From an uncultured delta proteobacterium (GTDB lineage: Bacteria; Desulfobacterota; Desulfuromonadia; Desulfuromonadales; BM103): a DNA stretch of 45,382 nucleotides. Positions within the stretch are counted from its first letter, which is position 1. Each line of letters starts with the position of its first letter. A program made the translations under genes and the position numbers. Location: NCBI GenBank assembly GCA_963715335.1, contig CAVQRZ010000007.1, positions 1-45,382 on the forward strand. Reading direction: 5' to 3'. The notes below the pieces were generated by a model. That model did no database searches, had not been told where the DNA came from, and worked only from the letters and a program-made list of their open reading frames with translations. Below, piece by piece: positions 34,309 to 44,036 of the stretch.

Positions 34309-35729
34309 GAGCGCACCTCCAGAAGATCTGCGGCTTGCTGCAGCGCCTTTTGCAACACCTCCGGGATATAGAGCCCCAGCATCAACACCAGCAGGATGAA
34401 GCCCAGGGGCGAGATACACAGCAGCCATTTGTCGCGAAAGCTGCTGGTGGTAGGGGCCGCTTCGCCCTGTGTCGAAGCCAGTACGGTCACGCCCATGCCA
34501 ACGAACACCATGGCCAGGAGCAACAGGACCAGCAGCCCCACAACGTAGCGTTGATCGCCAAAAATCCCTCTGAGAATCGTGAATTCACTGAGAAACGGCC
34601 CAAAGGGCGGCGACCCGGTGATCGCCAGGAAACCGGTCAAAAACAGTGTGCCGGAGACCGGCAGCGCGCTGATTGCACCGCGGACTTCGGCGAGGTTCTT
34701 GCTGGAATAGGCCCGCTGGATATTCCCCGCGGCGAGGAACAGTCCCCCTTTGGTGAGGGCATTGTTCACCAGGTGCAGCATGGCGCCGAAGGTTGCGAGG
34801 CCGCCGATACCGACCCCGATGGCCAGCAGCCCCATGTGCTCGACAGAAGAGTAGGCCAGCAGCCGCTTGATGTCCGGTTGGCGGACCATGAAAACGGCGG
34901 CCAATGCCAGGGAAAGCAAGCCCATGCCCAGCAAGGCCTGCCGGGCCATAAGCCCATCTCCGGCTGCGTTCATGAGCTGCACGCCGCGCAGCACTGCGAG
35001 AAAGGCCACGCTGGTCAGTCCGCCCGCGAGAAGGGCGCCGACCAGCCCAGGGGCCTCGCCATAAGCGTCCGGTTTCCAGGAGTGCAAGGGGGCCAGCCCC
35101 ATTTTGGTGCCGAACCCAACCAGCAGGAACACAAAGCCGGCATGCAGCCATGGCTTGCTGAGTTGACGCGCTTCACTCAACAATGTGTCGAGATGCAGGC
35201 TGACAGGTGAGCCGGTGCCGAGCGCTGCGTAGGCGATGAACAGCATGCCGAGCATCGCCAGAGCGATCCCCACGGAGCAGATCATCAGGTATTTCCAGGT
35301 TGCTTCGATGGAGAGGCGGTTGCGGTTGAAGTAGATCAGTGGCGCGCTTGCTATCGTGGTTGCCTCGACGGCAATCCAGATCAGTCCGAGATGGCGTGCG
35401 GCGATTGCCAGGGTCATGACCGAGAGGAACACCAGCAGGCACGGCACCATCGTGCGGTTGCCCCGATCCCGTCGCAGGTCGAGATAGCCGACGGCATACA
35501 GAGCGCAGCCGGCAAAGAGGACGCTGGTTACGATCAGCACCAGCCGCGACAGGGCGTCGAGGCCTATCCAGTCGCCTCCTGCAGGAAACCGGCCCATGAC
35601 GGCCAGGATCGAAAGCAGCAGGTGCACGGCGCCACTGGCCGGAAGCAGCCATGAGCGGACCTGGTACCAGGGGAGAACCAGGCTCAGGATGGCGACCGCC
35701 AGGGGGAAAAAGATGAGGATTTCAAGCAT
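34305..35729 (-). CDS. ehrD: HyfF-like antiporter-type membrane subunit
   Basis: EATWKY, GTKMGLAPLHSWKPDAYGEAP, KRLLAYSSVEH. Confidence 0.88.
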   Translation of the reverse strand: MLEILIFFPLAVAILSLVLPWYQVRSWLLPASGAVHLLLSILAVMGRFPAGGDWIGLDALSRLVLIVTSVLFAGCALYAVGYLDLRRDRGNRTMVPCLLVFLSVMTLAIAARHLGLIWIAVEATTIASAPLIYFNRNRLSIEATWKYLMICSVGIALAMLGMLFIAYAALGTGSPVSLHLDTLLSEARQLSKPWLHAGFVFLLVGFGTKMGLAPLHSWKPDAYGEAPGLVGALLAGGLTSVAFLAVLRGVQLMNAAGDGLMARQALLGMGLLSLALAAVFMVRQPDIKRLLAYSSVEHMGLLAIGVGIGGLATFGAMLHLVNNALTKGGLFLAAGNIQRAYSSKNLAEVRGAISALPVSGTLFLTGFLAITGSPPFGPFLSEFTILRGIFGDQRYVVGLLVLLLLAMVFVGMGVTVLASTQGEAAPTTSSFRDKWLLCISPLGFILLVLMLGLYIPEVLQKALQQAADLLEVRS

Positions 35730-35733
35730 CGGT

Positions 35734-36369
35734 TTATTCCTTAAGTGCAGAGAGGCGCTCGGTATTGAGGGTCGAAAATTCACGGCTGATCTGGTCGATG
35801 ACGATCCCCATGACAAATACGCCAACCAGCAGGTCAAGCAAAACCCCGGCCTCGACCATCAGCGGCAGCGCTTCGCTCAACAGTACGCCGAAGATGAAGA
35901 TGCCGTTTTCCATGATCAGGTAGCCGAGCACCTGCGTGATCGCCTTGCGACGGGTAATCAACAGCAGGAATCCGGTGAAGATGGTTGACAGCGCGGTTGG
36001 CACATAGAGCCCCTCGTGATGCGCCGAAATCAGTGGCAGGAAATCGGCGAACAGGAATGTGGCGACCGTGGTCAGGGCGCCGAGAATCAGGGTCGGAACG
36101 AACCCGACGATCGGCTCCATCTCCCGTCGGATCTTGACTTTCTGGATCGCTCTCAGCAGCAGTAAAGGGATGATGAGCCCTTTGAAGCAGAGGGCACCTG
36201 TCGCCAGAAGGATGGAATGGGTGGTGATACCGTGTGTCGTGATAGGCAGCAGCGCCAGGAGTGCGCCCTGCACCGCCACGATCCTGACGCAGGCCCCGAG
36301 CCGCGCACTGCCAAGCGTAAAAAAATTGATCAGGATCACTGCCAGCAGAATTGAATTGGTTGTTTCCAT
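35734..36369 (-). CDS. ehrC: HyfE-like membrane subunit
   Basis: RRKAITQVLGYLIMENGI, EAGVLLDL. Confidence 0.88.
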   Translation of the reverse strand: METTNSILLAVILINFFTLGSARLGACVRIVAVQGALLALLPITTHGITTHSILLATGALCFKGLIIPLLLLRAIQKVKIRREMEPIVGFVPTLILGALTTVATFLFADFLPLISAHHEGLYVPTALSTIFTGFLLLITRRKAITQVLGYLIMENGIFIFGVLLSEALPLMVEAGVLLDLLVGVFVMGIVIDQISREFSTLNTERLSALKE

Positions 36370-36410
36370 GATGACGGTTGCTCCATCTGTAAATCGTCAG
36401 GTGTTTCGAT

Positions 36411-37325
36411 CTAGCGCATGACCAGAACCAGGGAGAAGACCGACAGCACCGATGTGCCGATCAGAACCTGCGGGATTCTTGGCAAGCGGAGCCGGGCCAT
36501 GGTCGATTCGACCACCCCGATCAACACGGCGACTCCGACCAGGCCTGCCAGGAACACCCCGGCATCGCCGAGCCACCACCCGGTCTGCCATGGCAGGGCC
36601 AGCCGCACCAGCAGCGCGCTCATCACCATCAACTTCATTGCCGCTCCGTACAGGACCATGCCGAGCATCGGGCCGCTGTGATCGAGGATCATGACCTCGT
36701 GAACCATGGTCAATTCGAGGTGGGTGTTGGGGTCGTCGAAGGGGATGCGCGAGTTCTCGACCAGGAGCACGACGAACAGGCAGACCAGGGTCAGGCCGAG
36801 AGAGGCGCCTGCGCCGTTGTGCCAGGATTCCGGCAAATGCGCACCGAACAGCTGGTCGAGCGAAAGGCTGTCGGCCAGTCGTGCCAGAACCAGCAAAGAG
36901 AAGAGTACGGTCGGTTCCGCCAGGCACGAAAATGTCACTTCGCGGGCGGCGCCCATCCCTTCGAAACTCGACCCGGTATCGAGGGCCGAGGCGACGGTGC
37001 AGAACCTTGACAGCGCGAACAGGTACACGAACAGGACCAGGTCGCCTTCGAAAGAGATCGGAGACGGCAGCCCGCCGAAAGGGATCAGTGCCGACGCCAG
37101 GACCGGCACGAGCAGGCCAACGATCGGGCCGGCCAGAAAGACCCAGGTTGTGGTCTGGCTGAAGACAAATCCCTTGCGCCACAAACGAACAAGATCATGG
37201 TAAGGTTGCAGGAACGGCGCGCCGACCCGCCCGCCGAACAGGGCCTTGACCTTGGTTATGATCCCCAACATCAGCGGAGCGAAGGCGAACAGCAGAACCA
37301 GATGCAGAAGCAGTCTGCCAAGCAT
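36411..37325 (-). CDS. ehrB: HyfC/HycD (NuoH-like) membrane subunit
   Basis: GRVGAPFLQPYHDL, FEGMGAARE, ENSRIPFDDPNTHLELTMVHE. Confidence 0.9.
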   Translation of the reverse strand: MLGRLLLHLVLLFAFAPLMLGIITKVKALFGGRVGAPFLQPYHDLVRLWRKGFVFSQTTTWVFLAGPIVGLLVPVLASALIPFGGLPSPISFEGDLVLFVYLFALSRFCTVASALDTGSSFEGMGAAREVTFSCLAEPTVLFSLLVLARLADSLSLDQLFGAHLPESWHNGAGASLGLTLVCLFVVLLVENSRIPFDDPNTHLELTMVHEVMILDHSGPMLGMVLYGAAMKLMVMSALLVRLALPWQTGWWLGDAGVFLAGLVGVAVLIGVVESTMARLRLPRIPQVLIGTSVLSVFSLVLVMR

Positions 37326-37339
37326 GACAGGGATCCTTT

Positions 37340-39307
37340 CTATGCGGTGAAAGCGGTCAAAAGAACGACCACAGCCAGAACGACATACAGCAGGTACTGG
37401 GCCATCGAACCATTGTGAAACCGGGCCCTCAGCTGCCGGCAGAGCCAACTTGCTCCCCGGAAAGCAGGGAGCAGCATACGGTCAAGCACGGCATCCGGAG
37501 TATGGCTTGAAAAGTGCGCAGTGGCCGGGAACAGACCCGTCACCCGTCCACCGTGGCGTTCAGTGCCGAGGCCGAAACGGAACAGCCGCACCAGGAAGTC
37601 AGCGAATGAACTGGCCGTGTATTGCATGCGCGGGGCGGGGAACCGGTAACCACACCCCCATGTCCCGACATTGCGCGGCGCCTGGCGAATTTTCCGGCTC
37701 ACCAGGAACATAACGGTGATCACCGACGCCAGCAGAACCCAGCCGGACAGGCCGATCCAGAACAGCGATGCCATGACCTCGCCCGGCAGGCTGCCCGCAC
37801 TCATGCCGGTCCAATTGGCGACCGCTCCCAGAAGAAGCGGCTGCAGTGTGGACGGCATCAGGCCGATCCAGGCGCAGAGAACCAAGATCAGGACCATCGG
37901 CCCCACCATCAGCGGGGACGCCTCATGAGCATGAGCGGCCCCATCGCTGCGCGGCTCGCCGAGGAAGGCCACGCCGAAAACCTTGACAAAGCATGCCAGC
38001 GCCAGTCCGCCGATCAGCGCCAGGACCGGCGCGGTCAGAACCATCGCGCCGAGACTCGAGGCAGGTTGTTTCAACGACTGGAAGGCCCCCAGGTAGATCA
38101 GCCACTCGCTGACAAACCCGTTGAGCGGCGGCAGGCCGCTGATCGCCACGGCCCCGCCGAGAAACATCGCCCCGGTCCAGGGCTGCCGTTTGAGCAGGCC
38201 GCCATAATGATTGATATCCCGGCTGCCGACCGTATGGATGACTGACCCGGCACTCAAAAACAGCAGCGACTTGAACAGGCCGTGATTCGCCACATGCAAG
38301 AGGCTTCCGGACAGCCCGAGGATGACCAGGGCGGGCATGTTATAGCTGCGTCCCAGCAGGGCGATGCCGAGACCGAGAGCGATAATGCCGATATTCTCGA
38401 CGCTGTGGTAAGCCAGCAGCCGCTTGATGTCGTGCTGTGCCAGAGCCAGGACAACCCCCATCACCCCGGACACGCCACCCAGGATCAGGATCGTCCATCC
38501 CCACCAGGGCGGGATCTCTGCAAACAGCGAGGTCAGGCGCACCAACCCGTAGATGCCGGTCTTGATCATGACTCCCGAGAGCAGCGCCGATGCATGGCTG
38601 GGCGCTGCAGCATGGGCGCCCGGAAGCCAGATGTGCAGCGGCATGAGACCGGCCTTCATGCCGAAACCGAACAACCCGAGCAGGAAAATCAGGGTACCGT
38701 TCGCTGCCGAAAGGGTTCCGGCCGTCGGCAAGTCCAGTGAACCGGAAGCCTGGCCGAGCAGGGCGAACATGGCAAACAATGCCAGCGTCCCCGTATGCGT
38801 GGCGACCAGATAGACGAATCCGGCGCGACGCGCCTCCTCCTTGTGGTCTTCGGTGGTGATCAGGAAGAAGCCGGACAGCGCCATCACTTCCCAGGCCATC
38901 AGGAACATGATGCCGTTGCGCGCAATCAGCAGCAGGATCATCGCGCCGCTGATCAGCCCGAAGAACAGCCTGAGCTTGCGACCGTTGGCCGGGTGGTCCT
39001 GCTGAGGCCAATAGCGGAGACCGTAGATGGTCCCGGCCGCGCTGACAACCAGCAACGGCAGGACAAAACAGGCGGCCAGCGGATCAAGGGCCAGGGCCAG
39101 CGATCCGCCAGGCAGTGACCATTCACGGACCATAGACAGTTCCTGGCCAAGCCACAACGACCGGACAATCATCACCAGCACAACCAGTATCCCCGCAAGG
39201 CTCAGCAAGGCTGACATGCGATCAGCCAGGTGGCTCTCCCGGCGGCAAAAAAGCCCCGGCACGCCGGACAGCATAAGCAGAATCGTTCCGGTCAGGATCA
39301 GCGTCAT
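37340..39307 (-). CDS. ehrA: HyfB/HycC-like (NuoL/MrpA-type) membrane subunit, copy 2
   Basis: KAGLMPLHIWLPGAHAAAPSH, KRLLAYHSVENIG, PPLNGFVSEW, WGCGY. Confidence 0.88.
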   Translation of the reverse strand: MTLILTGTILLMLSGVPGLFCRRESHLADRMSALLSLAGILVVLVMIVRSLWLGQELSMVREWSLPGGSLALALDPLAACFVLPLLVVSAAGTIYGLRYWPQQDHPANGRKLRLFFGLISGAMILLLIARNGIMFLMAWEVMALSGFFLITTEDHKEEARRAGFVYLVATHTGTLALFAMFALLGQASGSLDLPTAGTLSAANGTLIFLLGLFGFGMKAGLMPLHIWLPGAHAAAPSHASALLSGVMIKTGIYGLVRLTSLFAEIPPWWGWTILILGGVSGVMGVVLALAQHDIKRLLAYHSVENIGIIALGLGIALLGRSYNMPALVILGLSGSLLHVANHGLFKSLLFLSAGSVIHTVGSRDINHYGGLLKRQPWTGAMFLGGAVAISGLPPLNGFVSEWLIYLGAFQSLKQPASSLGAMVLTAPVLALIGGLALACFVKVFGVAFLGEPRSDGAAHAHEASPLMVGPMVLILVLCAWIGLMPSTLQPLLLGAVANWTGMSAGSLPGEVMASLFWIGLSGWVLLASVITVMFLVSRKIRQAPRNVGTWGCGYRFPAPRMQYTASSFADFLVRLFRFGLGTERHGGRVTGLFPATAHFSSHTPDAVLDRMLLPAFRGASWLCRQLRARFHNGSMAQYLLYVVLAVVVLLTAFTA

Positions 39308-39308
39308 A

Positions 39309-41300
39309 TCATCGTCCTCCGTGGCCACCGGCCCAGAGACTCCAGGACAGCAGCAGCGCGCTGGTGATGAAAATATAGAGCAGATAGATCGACAGATGAC
39401 CCTGCTGTACCCAGCGCAGCCTCTGACAGCGACCTGCCATCGCGACAAAGATGGGGGAGAAGCACCTTGCCAGGACAACATCCATGGCATGCTGAATAAC
39501 CTGGGACGGTGCGGCGAACAGGCCGTGGACCTGTGTGCCGCTGACCGAGGGTCTCATGAAGTTCGGCAGAAGGTGTCTGGCGACGAGCTCTGTAAAGCTT
39601 GCCCCGGTATAGGCCATGCGAGGCGACGGGAAGCGGTAGCCACAGCCCCACGTGGCCGTTTTGGCCAACGGTCTGCGTCTGCGCAGCACCACCATCACGA
39701 TGGCAAGCATCGAGACGCCGGCGATAATGACCAGGGAGACCAGGCCCAGGGGCGCGACGGTGTGGCCGAGCAGGGGGTCCGCCTGTGCTTTTGCCAGCGT
39801 AGCCAGGGGGGCGGATAACAGCGCCAGCGCGCCTTGCGGGTAGACGCCGATCGCCAGGCAGCCGGCAAATAAAATTGCCATGCTGACCAGCATGACCGGT
39901 GCGCCCTCCCGGGCGGCTGTTACGGACTGGTCGCGAGGTTCGCCCAGAAGGCAGATGCCGATCAGGCGGCTGAACGTGACCAGGGCCAGGGCGCCGACCA
40001 GGCCGAGCAGACCGAACAGCAGCTGCGGTAACAGGGCGATGAAGCCGTTCTGGACTGTGCCTGCGCCGGCAAGGCTGATGAAGATCAGCCACTCGCTGAC
40101 CAGGCCGTTGAGGGGGGGCAGGGCGCCAATTGCCATGCAGCCGCCGATCCAGAGCAGCCCGGCGATCGGCATGCGTCGCAGCAGTCCTCCCATCCGGTTC
40201 ATATCGCACGTGCCGGTGGCCTGCATGAACATCCCTGCGCCCAAAAACATCACCCCCTTGAAAAGGGCGTGGTTCCAGAGATGCAGCAGCCCCCCTGCAT
40301 AAGCCAGCAGGGCAATTTTCGTGTAACCCTGGGCCGTGGCAGCCAGGCCGAACCCGAGCGCGAGGAAGATAATACCTGCGTTTTCGACCGTGGAATATGC
40401 CAGGCAACGCTTGATATCACGCTGCTGGGCCGCCATGGAGATGCCATAAAGCGCCCCGGTCGCGCCAAGCAGCGCGAGCAGCCAACCCCACCATGCCGGT
40501 GCCGGCGGCAGCAGACTCAGGACCCGCAAAATCCCGTAGATGCCTGTCTTGATCAAGGCCCCTGACATCAATGCGGACACGTGGCTTGAGGCGACCGGGT
40601 GCGCCTCCGGCAACCAGACGTGGACCGGGAAAAGTCCTGCCTTGACACCGAAGCCGAACAGGGCCAGCAGGTACAGCAGTGAAGCGCCGCCGGGCGGCAG
40701 CTGCGCAAGCTGGCCGAAATCCCTGAAATCGAGGCTGTTGCAATAACTGCTGGCGATCATGAATAGCGCCAGCAGCAGCGCCATGCCCAAGTGTGTTGCC
40801 AACAGGTAGAGCCAGGCTGCTTTGCGGACTTCTTCGCGTTTGTGGTGCCAGGCGACAAGGAAAAACGAACTGATCGTCATCAACTCCCAGGCCGCCAGAA
40901 AAAGGATCGTATTGGCCGCAGACACCACCAGCAGCATGGCTGCCACCATGACATTGAGCAGGAACCAGTGCAGGCCCAAGGTGCGCGGGCGGTTTTCATG
41001 CTTCAGATAAGCAACAGCGTAGAGTGCACAGACCAGGGCCAGGAGGGAGATCGGTAAAATGAAAAAAGCGGCGAGGGGGTCTACAACCAGTGCAAACTCA
41101 CCGCCCGGTACCGCCCAGGGGAGATTCAGAGACAAGGACTGTCCGCCGATCAGGACTTGTAACGAAGCGATGCTTGTCAAGCAGCTCGCAGAGATGATGG
41201 ACCCGGCGCCTGTCAGGGAAGTCAGGCGGGAACCTCGAGCCAGCAGCGCGAGAAGGCTGCCGGCTGACAATATCAATAATGCCAAGCTCATCAGGCCCAT
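39309..41300 (-). CDS. ehrA: HyfB/HycC-like (NuoL/MrpA-type) membrane subunit, copy 1
   Basis: KAGLFPVHVWLPEAHP, KRCLAYSTVEN, PPLNGLVSEW, WGCGY. Confidence 0.88.
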   Translation of the reverse strand: MGLMSLALLILSAGSLLALLARGSRLTSLTGAGSIISASCLTSIASLQVLIGGQSLSLNLPWAVPGGEFALVVDPLAAFFILPISLLALVCALYAVAYLKHENRPRTLGLHWFLLNVMVAAMLLVVSAANTILFLAAWELMTISSFFLVAWHHKREEVRKAAWLYLLATHLGMALLLALFMIASSYCNSLDFRDFGQLAQLPPGGASLLYLLALFGFGVKAGLFPVHVWLPEAHPVASSHVSALMSGALIKTGIYGILRVLSLLPPAPAWWGWLLALLGATGALYGISMAAQQRDIKRCLAYSTVENAGIIFLALGFGLAATAQGYTKIALLAYAGGLLHLWNHALFKGVMFLGAGMFMQATGTCDMNRMGGLLRRMPIAGLLWIGGCMAIGALPPLNGLVSEWLIFISLAGAGTVQNGFIALLPQLLFGLLGLVGALALVTFSRLIGICLLGEPRDQSVTAAREGAPVMLVSMAILFAGCLAIGVYPQGALALLSAPLATLAKAQADPLLGHTVAPLGLVSLVIIAGVSMLAIVMVVLRRRRPLAKTATWGCGYRFPSPRMAYTGASFTELVARHLLPNFMRPSVSGTQVHGLFAAPSQVIQHAMDVVLARCFSPIFVAMAGRCQRLRWVQQGHLSIYLLYIFITSALLLSWSLWAGGHGGR

Positions 41301-41305
41301 AAAGG

Positions 41306-42010
41306 TTATCCCTGTGTTTTTGCCGGCTGCTGCTTGCCCGGGATCTTCCCCTCGGCGGCGGATAAGGCAGCGAGGAGCTTTTCCCGGCTTGCTTTGGCGT
41401 GCAGGGCTTTCCGAAACGCCACGTCCTGAAGAACAAAGCCCAGCCTGGAGAGAAGGTGAAGGTGCGCCCGCAGGCTCGCGGAGATGATCAACAGGAGAAC
41501 TTCCACGTCCTCCCCGTCCATGGCTTGAAAATCAACAGGGTTCTCCAGGAAACAGACGGTCACCGAAGTCCGGGAGACGTTCAGCAGGCCCGGGCTGCGC
41601 GGATGCGGGATGGCAATCCTGTTGCCTATCGCCGTCGATGTGAGCCTCTCCCGGGCGATTAACACCTGCCCCAGGTATTGCCGGTCGATCTCTTCAGGCA
41701 ACCTCAAATGCCCGACAGCATTTGCCAGAACTGCTTCGCGCGTGTGCCCCTCAATTCGGTAAACAATGCCGCCGACCTCCAGTGCTTCATGAACGGTCGG
41801 CAGCGGCTGGGCATCGGACTCCGGTTCGTTGAACGCTTCAGCGGCCATCCCCCGTCGTTGTGACGTTGCCCATTCCAGGAGCTCCGCACGATTGAACCGG
41901 TAGCTCTCGTTGACCTTGTACGCCGGCAGGATGTCTTGCTTGATCCAGCGATAGATGGTTTTCTCCGAGACCGAGAGCAACTGGGCAGCGTTTTTAACCG
42001 ATAGGTTCAT
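41306..42010 (-). CDS. Excisionase-type HTH fused to a PTS EIIA (Fru/Ntr-like) domain; first gene of the ehr operon
   Basis: LSVKNAAQLLSVSEKTIYRWI (HTH_17-like); STAIGNRIAIPHPR (phospho-His motif). Confidence 0.88.
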   Translation of the reverse strand: MNLSVKNAAQLLSVSEKTIYRWIKQDILPAYKVNESYRFNRAELLEWATSQRRGMAAEAFNEPESDAQPLPTVHEALEVGGIVYRIEGHTREAVLANAVGHLRLPEEIDRQYLGQVLIARERLTSTAIGNRIAIPHPRSPGLLNVSRTSVTVCFLENPVDFQAMDGEDVEVLLLIISASLRAHLHLLSRLGFVLQDVAFRKALHAKASREKLLAALSAAEGKIPGKQQPAKTQG

Positions 42011-42044
42011 ATGTCTCTTATGTGTTAAATATTTCTCTCAGATT

Positions 42045-42087
42045 GGACATCTTAGGACATTTAATTCATACGTGAGACTTTTGTCAA
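42045..42087 (-). promoter_or_regulatory. sigma70 promoter for the ehr operon with a tandem GGACAT repeat over the -10/TSS
   Basis: TTGACA (42082-42087)-17-TTAAAT; GGACAT at 42045 and 42055 (10-bp period). Confidence 0.55.
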
Positions 42088-42143
42088 TAGTCGATTGATC
42101 AAATCGAAGATATCTGTAATGAACCTCCTGGCCCGCCTGCTTA

Positions 42144-42173
42144 TTGACAGTTGAATGTGCCTGCTGGTAGATT
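42144..42173 (+). promoter_or_regulatory. Divergent sigma70 promoter for the second HTH-EIIA gene
   Basis: TTGACA-18-TAGATT with an extended TG. Confidence 0.5.
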
Positions 42174-42217
42174 CCAGAACGCTTCGACGAGTGCTTCTAT
42201 GCTTGGAAGGGGGTCGT

Positions 42218-42895
42218 TTGAATACGTCCGTGAAAGACGCTGCAGGGCTGCTGCGTGTATCAGAGAAAACCATCTATCGCTGGATCAAACAGGAAGTTGT
42301 TCCGGTTTACCGGGTCAATGAACAGTACCGCTTTAACCGTGCGGAGCTCCTGGAATGGGCGACCTCGCGCCGCATGGGCATCTCACCTGAAGCCTTTCAT
42401 GATGCGGAAGACACAAGCTCACCCCTGCCAGGCCTGATCGAATCCCTGGAGGCGGGTGGCATCGTTTATCGCCTGGAAGGCCGGGCCCGGGGAGAAGCTC
42501 TGGCCCGACTCGTTGACGAACTGCGTCTGCCCGAAGAGGTGGACCGCGAATATCTTCTCAGGGTCCTCAACGCCCGGGAAGAACTCTGCTCAACGGGTGT
42601 CGGTGGCGGAATTGCCATCCCTCATCCCCGCAACCCGGTCCTGCTTCATGTCACCAAGCCCAGCATCACGCTCGCTTTCATGGAAGATCCGGTTGATTTC
42701 CATGCCCTGGATGGGCAACCGATCCATACCTTGTTCTGCCTGATCTCACCGACGCTTCGCGCGCATCTTCACCTGCTTTCGTCACTCAGCTTCGCACTGC
42801 ACAACGCGGAGTTCAGAAGCATCCTCGAGAGGCAAGGCAGCCGTGATGAAATCTTTGCTGCTTTGCGGCAGGTCAAGGAAGCCCTTGGCCGTTAA
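42218..42895 (+). CDS. Second HTH-PTS EIIA fusion protein (paralogue)
   Basis: TTG start; SVKDAAGLLRVSEKTIYRWIKQ, STGVGGGIAIPHPR. Confidence 0.88.
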   Translation: MNTSVKDAAGLLRVSEKTIYRWIKQEVVPVYRVNEQYRFNRAELLEWATSRRMGISPEAFHDAEDTSSPLPGLIESLEAGGIVYRLEGRARGEALARLVDELRLPEEVDREYLLRVLNAREELCSTGVGGGIAIPHPRNPVLLHVTKPSITLAFMEDPVDFHALDGQPIHTLFCLISPTLRAHLHLLSSLSFALHNAEFRSILERQGSRDEIFAALRQVKEALGR

Positions 42896-43056
42896 ATTTG
42901 CAGAGGGTTTGCAGCAGAAGAACTCTATCCGGGGTTGCCGGATCAAGCTATAATGCAAAGCTTATTCAAGCTCAGACGGGCAGGACGGAAAGTCTACCAT
43001 GCCGGCACAGTATGGTAGACTATTGAGAATTTTGCATCCCCCCAAACAGGACGTTT

Positions 43057-44031
43057 ATGCTGCTTCCACTGATTTCGATCGTTGTTGGCCTCGGCCTGCT
43101 GGTCTGGAGCGCCGACCGGTTTGTCGGCGGGTCCGCCGCCGTGGCCCGCCATTTCGGTATGCCGCCGCTGCTGATCGGCATGGTGATCGTTGGTTTCGGC
43201 ACCTCGGCGCCGGAGATGTCAGTGTCCGCCCTCGCCGCGTTGCAGGGCAACCCGGCGCTTGCTCTGGGCAACGCCTATGGTTCGAATATTGCCAATATCG
43301 CCCTGATCCTCGGACTCGCCGCGCTGGTCAGCCCGATTGCCGTGCATTCCGACGTGCTGCGCAAGGAGCTGCCGATCCTGACCCTGATCACGTTTCTGGC
43401 CATCGGTCAACTTTGGGACGGCCGGCTGTCGCGGGCCGACGCCTGGATCCTGCTGCTGGTTTTTGCCGGGCTGATGGGCTGGACGATCTGGCAGGGGATA
43501 CGGCGCAGGGACGATAACCTGGCCGTGGAGGTCGAACAGGCGTTCGCAGCCGAGCCTATGCCCCTCAGCCGCGCCATTTTCTGGCTGGTTGTCGGCCTGG
43601 TCGTGCTGGTTGCCAGCTCCCGGGCCCTGGTCTGGGGGGCTGTGGCCATAGCCCGCGGTTTCGGGGTCAGCGACCTGGTGGTCGGCCTGACCATCGTCGC
43701 GGTCGGTACGTCCTTGCCGGAGCTGGCGTCTTCGTTGATTGCCGCGCGCAAGGGTGAGCACGACATCGCCCTGGGCAACGTGCTCGGCTCCAACCTCTTT
43801 AATACCCTGGCGGTGGTCGGTATCGCCGGGACAATCCACCCGATGGCCGTGCCTGGTGACGTCCTGTCCCGGGACCTGCCGGTCATGGCGATCCTGACCC
43901 TGTCCCTGTTTGTGTTCGGTTACGGCTTTCGCGGTCCCGGGCGGATCAATCGCCTGGAGGGCGGCCTGCTCCTGGCCGGCTTCCTGATCTACACCGGCTG
44001 GCTGGTTGTCAACGCCGGGACCGTTTCCTGA
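43057..44031 (+). CDS. Calcium/sodium antiporter (CaCA, YrbG-like)
   Basis: Alpha repeats GTSAPE..GSNIAN and GTSLPE..GSNLFN. Confidence 0.92.
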   Translation: MLLPLISIVVGLGLLVWSADRFVGGSAAVARHFGMPPLLIGMVIVGFGTSAPEMSVSALAALQGNPALALGNAYGSNIANIALILGLAALVSPIAVHSDVLRKELPILTLITFLAIGQLWDGRLSRADAWILLLVFAGLMGWTIWQGIRRRDDNLAVEVEQAFAAEPMPLSRAIFWLVVGLVVLVASSRALVWGAVAIARGFGVSDLVVGLTIVAVGTSLPELASSLIAARKGEHDIALGNVLGSNLFNTLAVVGIAGTIHPMAVPGDVLSRDLPVMAILTLSLFVFGYGFRGPGRINRLEGGLLLAGFLIYTGWLVVNAGTVS

Positions 44032-44036
44032 CCTGC

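Noticed and set aside
32025..41300. Formate hydrogenlyase / active [NiFe] hydrogenase-4
   Set aside because: The large subunit lacks both CxxC Ni-binding motifs, and no fdh or hyp genes are present.
41306..42895. Prophage/ICE excisionase genes marking a mobile element
   Set aside because: The HTHs are fused to EIIA domains, and no integrase, att repeats or phage genes are nearby.
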